Shown: one piece after another, positions 10,253 to 20,211 of the stretch | Layout of the letters: each line of letters begins with the position of its first letter | Numbering within the stretch: the stretch's first letter is position 1 | Origin: a virus | Direction: 5' to 3' (one strand) | IMG/VR virus record: IMGVR_UViG_3300035210_000132 | Coordinates: 28,596 to 92,595 of that record | DNA: 64,000 nucleotides | The notes under the pieces: generated by a model | Database searches by the model: none | What the model was told of the DNA's origin: nothing | What the model saw: the letters and a program-made list of their open reading frames with translations, nothing else | Position numbers and translations under genes: made by a program

Positions 10253-12605
10253 CCATGTCCTCAGCGTATGCTATGACGATCGCCTGGGTCCCGAAGAGCT
10301 CCTGACGTAATACGGCATCGCTCTTATTCTTCTTGAAAGACACCTCGAAGCCGCCGCTAAAGAAGCCTCGGACGAACAACCACTCCGAGGTAGCGATGTC
10401 TCCGGTGAAGTGGCCGATAGCTACCGAGGGAATTCCTTCGAACTGCTGCTCAGGTAGCTTGTGAATCTCGGCTTCGGGTAGGTGGATGCGAGGATCAGCC
10501 TCGTTATCTATAAACACCCAGATACCCGCCCTATGTCTTCGCTCGATGCGATAAGTATGGAACTCGGTCCAGTCACAGAAGAACGAAAGAGCCGCACCTT
10601 CTCCATCACGACCTACGACCTCCTGGAACGTCCCCAAACCACTGCGCAGAGAGAGGCACACAAACTTGCCTATGTTGGTGTCGACGAAGGTCAGGGCGTA
10701 TGCATTATTCCCATCATCTAGGATCAAGTACACGCCACTTCTGGTGCGGGTCTTGAAGTCAGTGATACGTACTTTGGCTTCTATGATCCCTCCTCGATTT
10801 ACCGAGAAGGGTACGGGGCGATGGATCTTGGCCACCCCGAGAGGAGGTGTGCTGATCTGATAGACCTCTCCCATCGCATCAGAGGCCCCTCCGTACAGCA
10901 ACTTGGTAAATTTGGGATTCGTGTTGCCATCCGGAGGCTCTCCACTACGAGCTTCCCATTCTTGGTAGAGGTGGCAAAGAGTTAGTTCTTGGAAATCTAG
11001 GGTGCCTGTTACGTCCGAAGTAGCTGAGATGTACCCAAAGGCTACGAAGGGAGTTACCCCAGCAAGTCCCTTGTCTTCCGTCGAAGGCAGGGCCTCCCTG
11101 GAAAAGACGGTGTCAAGTACAGGATGGGTCGTGTCGTCTAGGGAATAGAATTTGACTCGATTGGACCTGGGGTCGACAACAAAGCGGAAGGCACTTTTTG
11201 ACCAGTCGATCACAGGGGAGGGCAATAGGTACTGAGTAGCATCAGAGTCTTTGGCGTCCTTCTTGGCCAGTCCTATGTTCTTGTTGGCGAAGTCGTTGAA
11301 GAGCATCACCTGGAAAAAAGAACGGCCGTCGTAGACCACAAATCCGACCCCTGTGCATGCGCCATCCTGCTTCTTGGGTCGGGCACTCATCCTTGCCTGC
11401 ACCATGAAGCCATCATTGTCAGATCGCAGCAACCCAGGCTCTTCTCGATAGAGAGCAAAAGAGGAGAGCGAGGTGGGCTTGTACATCTGGAAAACTCCAG
11501 AAGCTGCTGAGCCTTTCGCTAAGGCATCCGGGCTAGCAAACAAAGTGCTCGGAGGCGTGAGCCAGCAGCCCACGGACAAGGTGCGGGGATCCTGTGTACC
11601 CAGGGTCTTCAGGAGCTCCGTACCTAGCACCTGGGTGTTGAAGGTCCCTGGTCTTATGTTACCTAGAATAGGGTAGCCGACATCCTTGGTGAGAGCGATG
11701 TTCTTCCATATGGATGAGTCACCTGACTCTCCCTCTTGGCCGTAGAGACCTACGATGTCTCTGGCAGTGCTGAAACGAGCGAAGTAGTGCTCGGGCATGT
11801 CCGGGAGAGAGAGAATAGGAACCCGGAAAAGCCTAGAGGTAACACCGCGATTATCGGCGTAGACCTCTACGTAGCCATAAGCCTCGTTCCAGACCATCGT
11901 GTAGCGCTGATAGCCTGCCTGCCAGTCGTAGGGCATGGTCAAGCTCATGATCGGCTCACCTGTATCCTGCTGGTAGCTGGTGAGCTCTAGGTAGTTGCTG
12001 TTGCCGATCACGCTGAGGAACAGGTACGCCGCCTTGTTTCGAGGCCCGTACTCGAGCCCCAGGACTGTACCCGAGGCAAACTGAGCGAAGACCGTAGAGT
12101 AAGGCAGGGGCATCAGGGGCCCAGGAGTCACAGACTGATTCAAAGGGCCCCGAGAGAGATTGAGATTAGAGGTTAGTGTTTCTGGGCGGAGGACGCCGGA
12201 GATCATAGCGCTGGGGTAACCAGACCCAGCGTCTATAGAAGTGGCGTAGACACTCTTCTGAGGAGTAACCGAAGTTCTGGCGATGCGGAGGCCGTCGTCA
12301 GTAAGAGTGATGTCTGCTGTCGACGAGATGGCCCCCGCCTTGATGGAAACAAGCCTCGTCCTGGGCAGGTTGATGAAAGCATCAACACTGTCAGCATAAG
12401 CATGCACCTTCGCATAACCGACTTCTACGAGGAGCTGGGAAGAGTCAATGTAGCTTTCAGCATCCCGAAAGGTCAGCCGTACTGGATCAAGCAGGCTAAC
12501 ATGTGTGGCATTTGCCGCAGGGACGAGATTGGTGATCCAGGGCTTTCCCCCTGTCAGGCCTTCGCCCCCTAGGGGGAAACCGAGTATGCCGACAAGCTTG
12601 GCCAT
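10245..12605 (-). CDS. Large structural protein (786 aa), probably baseplate or tail.
   Basis: Coupled ORF (8-nt overlap) in the tail module. No motif recognised. Confidence 0.55.
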   Translation of the reverse strand: MAKLVGILGFPLGGEGLTGGKPWITNLVPAANATHVSLLDPVRLTFRDAESYIDSSQLLVEVGYAKVHAYADSVDAFINLPRTRLVSIKAGAISSTADITLTDDGLRIARTSVTPQKSVYATSIDAGSGYPSAMISGVLRPETLTSNLNLSRGPLNQSVTPGPLMPLPYSTVFAQFASGTVLGLEYGPRNKAAYLFLSVIGNSNYLELTSYQQDTGEPIMSLTMPYDWQAGYQRYTMVWNEAYGYVEVYADNRGVTSRLFRVPILSLPDMPEHYFARFSTARDIVGLYGQEGESGDSSIWKNIALTKDVGYPILGNIRPGTFNTQVLGTELLKTLGTQDPRTLSVGCWLTPPSTLFASPDALAKGSAASGVFQMYKPTSLSSFALYREEPGLLRSDNDGFMVQARMSARPKKQDGACTGVGFVVYDGRSFFQVMLFNDFANKNIGLAKKDAKDSDATQYLLPSPVIDWSKSAFRFVVDPRSNRVKFYSLDDTTHPVLDTVFSREALPSTEDKGLAGVTPFVAFGYISATSDVTGTLDFQELTLCHLYQEWEARSGEPPDGNTNPKFTKLLYGGASDAMGEVYQISTPPLGVAKIHRPVPFSVNRGGIIEAKVRITDFKTRTRSGVYLILDDGNNAYALTFVDTNIGKFVCLSLRSGLGTFQEVVGRDGEGAALSFFCDWTEFHTYRIERRHRAGIWVFIDNEADPRIHLPEAEIHKLPEQQFEGIPSVAIGHFTGDIATSEWLFVRGFFSGGFEVSFKKNKSDAVLRQELFGTQAIVIAYAEDMDA

Positions 12606-12608
12606 CTA

Positions 12609-13016
12609 CTACTCCTCAGGCTTGCTGGTCTTGGCTTGAAGGACGGCATTCATCATAGGCAGAAACTGCCTAGCCATCGAAGGGTGCTTACCGAAGCCAT
12701 GGATAAGCTGAGCGCCCTTGGGCCCCACATGAAGAAGCCTGGGCTCTTTGGTAGCAATCTCTAAGAGCTTGAAGTCTGGATCCTCTAACACCCACATACC
12801 TGACTCCTTGGCGACATAGGCCTTTGTGAAGGCGTTGAGGATGTTATCTTGGGCCTGAGCGGTGGCGTAACCGTCGGACCAGATGGGGTTCATCATGATG
12901 AGATTCAGGAAGTCCCCAAAAGTAAGAACCTCCACGCGCCCGTCTTGAGTCAGCTGCACCTTCGTGATCGGGTCATAGAAGACGAGACTCTCTGGAAAAA
13001 TGATCCAGCGGTTCAT
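12609..13016 (-). CDS. Hypothetical protein (135 aa).
   Basis: Tightly packed ORF, 3 nt from the next gene. Confidence 0.55.
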   Translation of the reverse strand: MNRWIIFPESLVFYDPITKVQLTQDGRVEVLTFGDFLNLIMMNPIWSDGYATAQAQDNILNAFTKAYVAKESGMWVLEDPDFKLLEIATKEPRLLHVGPKGAQLIHGFGKHPSMARQFLPMMNAVLQAKTSKPEE

Positions 13017-13024
13017 GAGACCTC

Positions 13025-13921
13025 TTAAGTGGTCAAGATGTCAACGAAGGCTGCACCTTCTAGGGAGACTTGAAGCTTCTGTGAGCTGCTATTGTAACGA
13101 ATACGGGCGTAGCCAGCTTCCCCCACAGGAGCCAGATTGTCCCCTCGGATATCTAGGTGTCCGCCTGCAGCAGTGATGCGGAACCCGGCACCGTCCGTGA
13201 ACCTAAAGGACTCTACCCCATTACTCAAGACTACGAGGTTGCTCAGCCAGCCCCCAGAGGTAGCCTCAGCGTATAGATCCCAGGTGTAGAACTGAGCCAC
13301 CGCCCCGGTCCACTTAGAACCGGTTAGGTGGAGAGCCGGGGTGTCTTGGAGAGGGGTAGGAGCCGTAGCGGAGGTCGGGTTGGCTATGGTGAGAGCAGGA
13401 GTGTTGTAGCCATTACTGCCGACCGCGTCTACGGCCAAGAGAAGGGGAATGCTGATACCGTCGGATCCGGAATTCGCCGAAGCGGAGACCACTCTTCCGT
13501 ACTCATCGACGACGATGTCGGCTTTGGTGTAGGACCCGGCAGGAGAAGGAGAGAGGATGGCCATATCCAAGCTGAGGTCAGTGTTCAAGCCCCCTCCTCC
13601 TGAAAGGGTCTCTCCCGTGTTGATCCTTCTGCTTGTATAGACCGTCTGGTAGTTCGTGTTACCCCTCTTTACGTTCAGAGCTCCCGTAGTAGACATCCAG
13701 AGATAGTCAGAGATGCCTGCAGGGAGGGGGTCGGTAGCTTGAACAGCCATACCAAGAGTCTTGGCTCCTCGAAGAACGCCTTTGACATCCTCAAGAGCCT
13801 GACAAACCTTATTCCAGTCCTCTGCAATGACATACTGACTCCGGTTCGCCGTAGGCGGGAGAACATTCAGATCTGTCTTGGGGAAATCTAGAGACGAGTT
13901 ATCCGTAACGTAGTTAGACAT
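13025..13921 (-). CDS. Tail-fibre-like protein (298 aa).
   Basis: Ser/Gly/Thr/Asn-rich with 'LSGGGGLNTDLSLD' and 'DEYGRVVSASANS' fibre-like segments. SD 'GAGGAGAG' upstream. Confidence 0.5.
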   Translation of the reverse strand: MSNYVTDNSSLDFPKTDLNVLPPTANRSQYVIAEDWNKVCQALEDVKGVLRGAKTLGMAVQATDPLPAGISDYLWMSTTGALNVKRGNTNYQTVYTSRRINTGETLSGGGGLNTDLSLDMAILSPSPAGSYTKADIVVDEYGRVVSASANSGSDGISIPLLLAVDAVGSNGYNTPALTIANPTSATAPTPLQDTPALHLTGSKWTGAVAQFYTWDLYAEATSGGWLSNLVVLSNGVESFRFTDGAGFRITAAGGHLDIRGDNLAPVGEAGYARIRYNSSSQKLQVSLEGAAFVDILTT

Positions 13922-13973
13922 CCAGCTCTCCTCGTGTGCTAGTCTAGCGACGAGGGGAAAGGCTAGTCAACGA

Positions 13974-14234
13974 ATGATCTTTAAGCCGATGCCAAAGGAA
14001 GAGATCCTCAAGGCCTTGCGGGGCCATGAGGACATCATTGATAGGGCCGTTAAGGAGCATGAGGCCTTTTTCAAGCGCCTGTCGTGCCCTTCTTGTGGGG
14101 GGGAGGTGATGCCTGTTGTAAATCCCAAGAGGCTCTTCCGAGAGAGCTCAGTGCTTCCCAGCTACCTAGGCAAGTGCCGGTCCTGCGGCGTAGAGTTCGA
14201 GCCGTACACAGGCATCCAAGTCACGCTTCGCTAA
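13974..14234 (+). CDS. Small Cys4 zinc-ribbon protein (86 aa), encoded antisense inside the minus-strand structural operon, in the gap between the tail-fibre and baseplate-J-like genes.
   Basis: 'CPSCGG...(22 aa)...CRSCG'. This is the only plus-strand ORF in the 44-kb block and it occupies a true intergenic gap (13922..14230). Confidence 0.5.
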   Translation: MIFKPMPKEEILKALRGHEDIIDRAVKEHEAFFKRLSCPSCGGEVMPVVNPKRLFRESSVLPSYLGKCRSCGVEFEPYTGIQVTLR

Positions 14235-17200
14235 GTCCTCGTCAGGTAGATCTGCTCTCCAGAAGGCCTGACCAGCTTCTTGGAGGTATTGGGGCCGGCG
14301 ATGAAGTAAGCCTGCAGGTAGTTCCCCTTGAAGAGGGGAGTTCCTGAGCTTAGCCCGATCGCAGTCTCTGAGCGCATGCCTCTGATACGACGATCAGTGC
14401 CGTGGAACAAGGCGATCAGGAAAATGGGCAGATTGACCTTGAGTGCCCCTAGGTTCTTGATCTTGTCTTGCACGAGGTCCGAGCGAATCTCCGCAACATT
14501 CGGATCGATGTTATTAAGATACTGGATGATAGCAGAGGCCACTTCTGCTTCTGCTGATCCTCCCGAGTAGGAGGCGTCCAGCATGACGTATCCAGGCAGG
14601 AAGTGGCGCACCAGCATATTGGCGTTGGTGACTCGATCTAGGGGTGAGTCGAAGAACGACTGCACGTCGTCGACCAGAGGGGCATAGTTGTAAGTAACCT
14701 GGAGGTTCTGGCCAGCCAAGCTGAACTCGTTCTCTAGGTCTGCTGTGGATCCCACAGGCAAGACCGCGTTGGGCAAGATAATGTCTACCTGCTCCTTGTT
14801 CGAGAAAACGAAGTTCTCATCAGCAACTTCTAGGGTGTAACCACCAATCTTGCGATAACCGGAGAGCACAAACCCATCCGAGAAGCCGACATTCATGGCT
14901 GCGGAAGGGCCGTAACCGACGACAGGAAGATCGACATAGTACAGAGCCCCGTCACGATTGCTACTCATAGCCGTAGAAGAAATGCGAGTGACCCCGGAAC
15001 GTAGGATGCGATAGGGACACTTGTGGGCAAAGTTCCTCTGCCCATTTCCTGTGTCTACCACACCGGGAGCCTCTAACTCCATCTGCTTCTCGCTCGTATC
15101 CAGCAAGGGATGACTCTCGTCAGGTGACCAAGGAAAGCTCGTGACTTTCAGAGTCTTGCTGATGGAGTCATAGAGGCGAAAGCGTGCGAACTGATCCGAG
15201 ATCTCAGTGCCCCCGTCGGAGGTAGGAAGAGGCTCGGTAGAAGGGACCGCATGCAGTACCCAACGAACGAAGACCAGGTCCTCTGGGAAATCGGCCGAAC
15301 GTTCCAGCTCCACAAAATAGTCAGTAGCCAGGGTGAAGTGTGGGTCAGTGCCTACGGACAAGATACGATAGGTACCCAGATAGGTAGCATCGTTGGGTAC
15401 TAGGGCAGCCAACAGCGCCGGGCTCTGAGCTGCGTAGATCGTTATCCAGTCGGTTGCCTTGGCGCCAGAAAGCCCAGAGCCAAAGAGTTTCTTCGTCCCA
15501 GGAAGGACCAGGGCTCCTCGAGCACTAATACCAACATCCCCTACGGTGAATCGGATCCCGCCTCCGTAAGCACTGTCCACAGAAGGAGCTGCTACTTTGA
15601 TCCTCTTGAGGGGCCCGGTCTCCTTCGAGCTGACATAGAGGCGAGCCTTTACCAAATCAGCGCTATCGACGGCAACAGCCAGATAGTGAGCAGAGAACAG
15701 GACGTTGGCATTGAGGTCGGCCGCAACGTGATCTAGGTCTGGGTAGTAGCCACTCACGGTGTGGGTGATGGAAAAGGTATGTTCTACGTCGCTGATCCAA
15801 GTTACACCGTTATCCAAGGAGGTCTGAAAACGAACCCTCTTGCCCAGTACAAGACCTGTGTTTCCCGGACCCCACCCAGCATCGGTGCGCACGAAGGCGG
15901 AGGTATAGCTTGAAAAGTCGATCACGGGAGGAGGTACAGACCCAGACAAGACGGGCAAAACTTCCGTCGTGTGTGTCATGGTCCTGTCGAGTTGGATGCG
16001 CAGTAGCGGAGGGTTGGCTACCCAATCTTGCTGAGTCACCTGGATGATCGTGTAGACCCCCAAATCGGGACCACTGTCGATGTAGAAGAGCTGTCCTCCT
16101 GCCAAGGAGGTAAAGTTATCTGCCCCTCCGTAACCTGGGTACGAAGTACCATCGCTAGGCGGGATCAAGAGCTGCACGATGCTCGACCCGGTTTGGGTCA
16201 GGCATAGCCAGCTAGAGGCCATGTCTCCTCGAGCAGGCAAGTCAAGCAACGCTGGGTAGTACTCGAGGGTGTCCCCGACTCGGATGCCCTTCTTGGCGAA
16301 GGAGGATCCACTGGTCATGGCCACAAACCGATCCTGCTGATTACGCAGACCCAGATCACGGTTCCATAGAGCTGGATGCGTCTGAGCAAATGATTCAGGA
16401 ATAATCTGAGCTGCAGGTAGCTTGGGATCGATACGAAACTTCTTGGATCCGTCGGTAGCTAAAGCAAAGGTAGTGGGGTCTTCTTTGGAGTGGAACTCTA
16501 CGGACACAGGATCCAAGAAGTAGAGACGGAAGTCTCCCTTGGCCGAAGGCCCCACCGAGTAGCTGGTCCGGATGAGAGCATCAAAGAAGGTTTTCAACTC
16601 CCCATCACTGGAAAAAGCTATCCCCAAAGAAGAAAGACAGGTGCGGAGTTTGGTAATAAAGGTAGGGTAGAAACCGGCTCCGTTATCCCAGTCGGCAGCA
16701 TACTCCAGAAAACCAAAGAGCTCATCAGCAGTCCAGTCCGGTGCTACGGACACGTCGTTGATGAAGTTGATGGCGGTTCTGAGTGGGTCAACCTTGAGAG
16801 GAGGATCGACCTGTACTATCGCTACGGACCGGTGACCCTGGTCAGCCTTGCCCCAGAGCTCTAGCACACGAAGGTCGGTGATAAGGTAGTTCCCTTGATT
16901 GGGGCCATCGTAGATCGTCAAAGAGTTACCAACGGCAGCATCGGCTAGGTAACTGGTACGATGAGCTCCTGGAACCGCCGAAGAGAACTTGTTGTCGCGG
17001 TGAGCCACGAGAGCTAGAAGCTTGTCTCTTCTACCGTTCCATAAAAATGGAGGCACGTTGACTTCAGTGGTCTCGACTTGATTGGAGGCGTGGTGTGTGA
17101 TCTTGCGCACCACACCATCAGGCTCTTCCAGGCCAAGCGTATACCGGGCATCGGTCGTGTCGTCGATTGCCCCAGGAAGGACAGGGTCAGGAGTAAGGCC

Positions 17201-19210
17201 TCCATTGGCCCACTCGATCATGTCGGGGAAAACTACCAACTGAGTGTCGTAGGTGATGAGCTCCCTACCGGCTCCTTCCAAAGTACCAACAGGACGAACA
17301 TCCACCGCATCCCCGTAGGGAATGACGATGCCTGTGCCCTGTCCCGTAGAGTCCAGGATCTCCAAGCTCTTCACTCTGACCAGGGGACGGCTAAGGCCTG
17401 TAAGCCTCGTGTATATCTGGTAGCTCAGAAACGACCCCGTAGCAGTAGCGGGCCGGTCTACCGTCACGGTTTTAGAGGCCACCGATAGAATAGAGAACTC
17501 TCCAGCATCGACCCCCTCAAGGATCCTGATCGTATCCCCCTCCTTGACCCCAAAATCCTGGACGTCGGTGTTTATGAAAGTGAAGGTAGTCTCCCCAACT
17601 CCTGTCTTCAGGTCAGAGATAGCACCGGTATTAAAAGGCAGTTTCGGTATGTGAGGTTCGATCAAGTCAACACGTATGTTACGCACGACACGGGCTCTGA
17701 GCTTGACCGAGACTGCTGTTGCGGTGGCAAAGATAGAATCAAGACGAAGGTAGTGAGGAGCAGATGCGCTGACCTCTACTACCCGGTACGTTCCTGCGAA
17801 CCCCGTCCCTGTCTCGATCACCAAGGTGTCCCCATCCACGACTCCTGCAAGAACAAAGTCAGTGGTGGGGGAGTAGGCTCGATTTGAGCTTGCCTCTGGG
17901 ATGGTGAGATCTACCACCGCGATAATGGGGGCCTCATCGGCCACATTGTCCAGTGATCCTTGGATCTCGACATCTTCAGTAGGCCGGATGTAGATGTCGG
18001 TATGTCCCCCCAGATGGACTTTGTTGTCGGGGACGGTAATATTGGTGGCCATCCCTCCAGGAATGCCCGATATCGTCAAGTAGCCAGGTTTGAGCAGAGA
18101 GAAGGATCCTTGTTTCACAACTCCGGAAGCATAAAGAGACCGATCGAGGAGGAGAAGGTACCTTCCTGCCGATGCTGCTAGTACGGTGGTTACCTGGGCG
18201 CTTTGGACACCTTGATTATCCTGGAACCTCACCGTGTCCCCAGGTTGCACCAAGATAGAACCAGAAGGGCCGGGGTCTCGGTACACCACCGAAGCTACCC
18301 ATAACCAGTCACCGTAAATCACAGCGGTTCCAGATAGGTGAAGGAAGCCCTCACCTGTACCCGTCAGGACATCCCGGTTCATACCGCTTTCGCCAGCTCC
18401 TATGACTTGGAGGGCGCGTACACTACTAAACAGGTCCTGGGTCCTAACCGAGGACCCTCTCTTGGTTACCAGCGACTTTTCTGAAAGTGCCTGGTTCACT
18501 CGATCGAGGAATTCTTGATTGTTCTCTCGTGGCCGTCCTGTGCCCACAGGAGCCAGATTCGCTACCTGCACTATGCCGGGAACCTGGTCTATTCCAGAGA
18601 TAGCGTTCTTGTCGACGTTGTACTCGGACCCAGGAGACTCGGCCCTGACCACGATGTCCAGGTAGTAGAAACTTCCCTGACGGTTGAACAGCATCTGCTG
18701 TGCTGTGATCAAGTAATTCTGTACCGGGAAGTAAGCTAACCCGGTATTTGTGTAGAGCCGCTTATCTGTACTGACCCTAGAAAGGGTGGGCTGTGCATAG
18801 TACAGGCGCACGAGGCCAGTAGCGTAATCGCCCTCATCACGGGTCTCGAACCAGTTGGAAGCAAAAGCGTCGGCTTCTCCGTCGGATAAGAGAGATGCAT
18901 TCTTGGCCGACTGGTTGATTTTGACCAGCTCGATCTCTCGCTTGAAGGGCTCGAGCAAGAGCTGTAGAGGTTTGATCAGTACATCTTCGAGAGCTCCGCC
19001 ATCGTCGGTAGCCAGATTGGGGAACTCTTGGGTAACTCGATCGACGATGAACGTCGGGACATCAGTAGAGAAAGGGTCCTCGGCAAACCTCTGGAGAATA
19101 GGTGTGATGACCTGCGCTTGTGCTGGGCTCCCAGAAGATAGATCGAGGGTGGAGTTCCAGGCCAGCAGCCGGTTCTCTAGGAAACTTTTCAGGTCGTCAG
19201 AAAAGGCCAT
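14231..19210 (-). CDS. Baseplate-J-like (gp6/gpJ family) baseplate wedge protein with a very long C-terminal extension (1659 aa).
   Basis: The N-terminal ~300 aa shows the characteristic blocks 'ATGLVRLYYAQPT', 'SFYYLDIVVRAESPGSEYNV' and 'IDQVPGIVQVANLAPVGTGRPRENNQEFLDRV' (compare the gpJ 'I.GV..V.N...GG.DsEsDe.LR.R' motif). Confidence 0.55.
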   Translation of the reverse strand: MAFSDDLKSFLENRLLAWNSTLDLSSGSPAQAQVITPILQRFAEDPFSTDVPTFIVDRVTQEFPNLATDDGGALEDVLIKPLQLLLEPFKREIELVKINQSAKNASLLSDGEADAFASNWFETRDEGDYATGLVRLYYAQPTLSRVSTDKRLYTNTGLAYFPVQNYLITAQQMLFNRQGSFYYLDIVVRAESPGSEYNVDKNAISGIDQVPGIVQVANLAPVGTGRPRENNQEFLDRVNQALSEKSLVTKRGSSVRTQDLFSSVRALQVIGAGESGMNRDVLTGTGEGFLHLSGTAVIYGDWLWVASVVYRDPGPSGSILVQPGDTVRFQDNQGVQSAQVTTVLAASAGRYLLLLDRSLYASGVVKQGSFSLLKPGYLTISGIPGGMATNITVPDNKVHLGGHTDIYIRPTEDVEIQGSLDNVADEAPIIAVVDLTIPEASSNRAYSPTTDFVLAGVVDGDTLVIETGTGFAGTYRVVEVSASAPHYLRLDSIFATATAVSVKLRARVVRNIRVDLIEPHIPKLPFNTGAISDLKTGVGETTFTFINTDVQDFGVKEGDTIRILEGVDAGEFSILSVASKTVTVDRPATATGSFLSYQIYTRLTGLSRPLVRVKSLEILDSTGQGTGIVIPYGDAVDVRPVGTLEGAGRELITYDTQLVVFPDMIEWANGGLTPDPVLPGAIDDTTDARYTLGLEEPDGVVRKITHHASNQVETTEVNVPPFLWNGRRDKLLALVAHRDNKFSSAVPGAHRTSYLADAAVGNSLTIYDGPNQGNYLITDLRVLELWGKADQGHRSVAIVQVDPPLKVDPLRTAINFINDVSVAPDWTADELFGFLEYAADWDNGAGFYPTFITKLRTCLSSLGIAFSSDGELKTFFDALIRTSYSVGPSAKGDFRLYFLDPVSVEFHSKEDPTTFALATDGSKKFRIDPKLPAAQIIPESFAQTHPALWNRDLGLRNQQDRFVAMTSGSSFAKKGIRVGDTLEYYPALLDLPARGDMASSWLCLTQTGSSIVQLLIPPSDGTSYPGYGGADNFTSLAGGQLFYIDSGPDLGVYTIIQVTQQDWVANPPLLRIQLDRTMTHTTEVLPVLSGSVPPPVIDFSSYTSAFVRTDAGWGPGNTGLVLGKRVRFQTSLDNGVTWISDVEHTFSITHTVSGYYPDLDHVAADLNANVLFSAHYLAVAVDSADLVKARLYVSSKETGPLKRIKVAAPSVDSAYGGGIRFTVGDVGISARGALVLPGTKKLFGSGLSGAKATDWITIYAAQSPALLAALVPNDATYLGTYRILSVGTDPHFTLATDYFVELERSADFPEDLVFVRWVLHAVPSTEPLPTSDGGTEISDQFARFRLYDSISKTLKVTSFPWSPDESHPLLDTSEKQMELEAPGVVDTGNGQRNFAHKCPYRILRSGVTRISSTAMSSNRDGALYYVDLPVVGYGPSAAMNVGFSDGFVLSGYRKIGGYTLEVADENFVFSNKEQVDIILPNAVLPVGSTADLENEFSLAGQNLQVTYNYAPLVDDVQSFFDSPLDRVTNANMLVRHFLPGYVMLDASYSGGSAEAEVASAIIQYLNNIDPNVAEIRSDLVQDKIKNLGALKVNLPIFLIALFHGTDRRIRGMRSETAIGLSSGTPLFKGNYLQAYFIAGPNTSKKLVRPSGEQIYLTRT

Positions 19211-19219
19211 GGTCTCTCC

Positions 19220-19870
19220 CTACAAAGTCATCTCAGCTACAGCTTGTTGCCCTGAGACAGCAGCCAGGGCGACGCGACACGAAAGGGTGGTAGTAGAGGC
19301 ATCAAAACCTATAGACTCTACCGAAGCCGACAGCAACCTTTCGCTGTTAGGTATGTTGGTCTTAGCAGCCTGGCGACTCATGATCTGGTCTCGGGCTCGG
19401 TTGACCGACGCCATGGCCGAGGCCTGGATGAGCTTTTGGTTGGTGTTAGAGACCGAGCTTCCTACGAGACGCAGTAGGCCGCCACCTTCCTTGGGATGGA
19501 AACGGTCGGATCCAGGGGTCTGTAGTAACATCCTGCAGAAGATCTGGACCAACCTCTCCAGGCCTTTCATCGTTTTGATGCTACCTGACACCTCGAAGTG
19601 CAGGGTGCTTTCCCTACTAACTGACGGCTTATCAGCAGACACTACTACAGAGCGAATAGGAGAAGCGCGCTCCGAGGTAGGAATCTGAGCTAGGAGTAGC
19701 CCAGACGACTCAACGATGAACTCAGGAGCCTCAACATCGTTGATCAGAACTCGGGATGCCTGGTCGAACTGATAGCCCACCACCACAAGACTGGGAGGAG
19801 AGAGGTCCGCATAAGCTACTTTAACAACTTCTAGGAGATCCCGGATCGTTAGGATCTTGATGTCTATCAT
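19220..19870 (-). CDS. Hypothetical baseplate-associated protein (216 aa).
   Basis: Coupled ORF adjacent to the baseplate-J-like gene. Confidence 0.5.
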   Translation of the reverse strand: MIDIKILTIRDLLEVVKVAYADLSPPSLVVVGYQFDQASRVLINDVEAPEFIVESSGLLLAQIPTSERASPIRSVVVSADKPSVSRESTLHFEVSGSIKTMKGLERLVQIFCRMLLQTPGSDRFHPKEGGGLLRLVGSSVSNTNQKLIQASAMASVNRARDQIMSRQAAKTNIPNSERLLSASVESIGFDASTTTLSCRVALAAVSGQQAVAEMTL

Positions 19871-20211
19871 GATACCTTTTCCGTAGCTTCGTTTTCCTTG
19901 TCGGAGGCCTCTGCCATGGCCTTGGCCTTGTCGTAAACCTTACTGAAGTTCTCCTTCAGAGTGTTCAAGGCATCGAGCTGAGAAGGCCGGGTATCCGTAC
20001 CACTGCCAGACGCAGATAGTAAGGCACGGGGTTCCTTGATGCGGCGTTTGGCTTCATCTATGTAGTGGTCGAAGGTGAAGTTGTTGATGGCCGTGTTGAT
20101 TTCACGACTACGAACCGCTACGTAGACATCGGCTATGGTTGCCCTGAGGTCATCCGCTTCTTTGGTCTCCTGCGGCACGGCCTTCGCATCATCGGGGGTC
20201 TCAGCAGCCAT
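19867..20211 (-). CDS. Hypothetical protein (114 aa), acidic.
   Basis: ATGA-type overlap with the downstream gene. Confidence 0.5.
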   Translation of the reverse strand: MAAETPDDAKAVPQETKEADDLRATIADVYVAVRSREINTAINNFTFDHYIDEAKRRIKEPRALLSASGSGTDTRPSQLDALNTLKENFSKVYDKAKAMAEASDKENEATEKVS

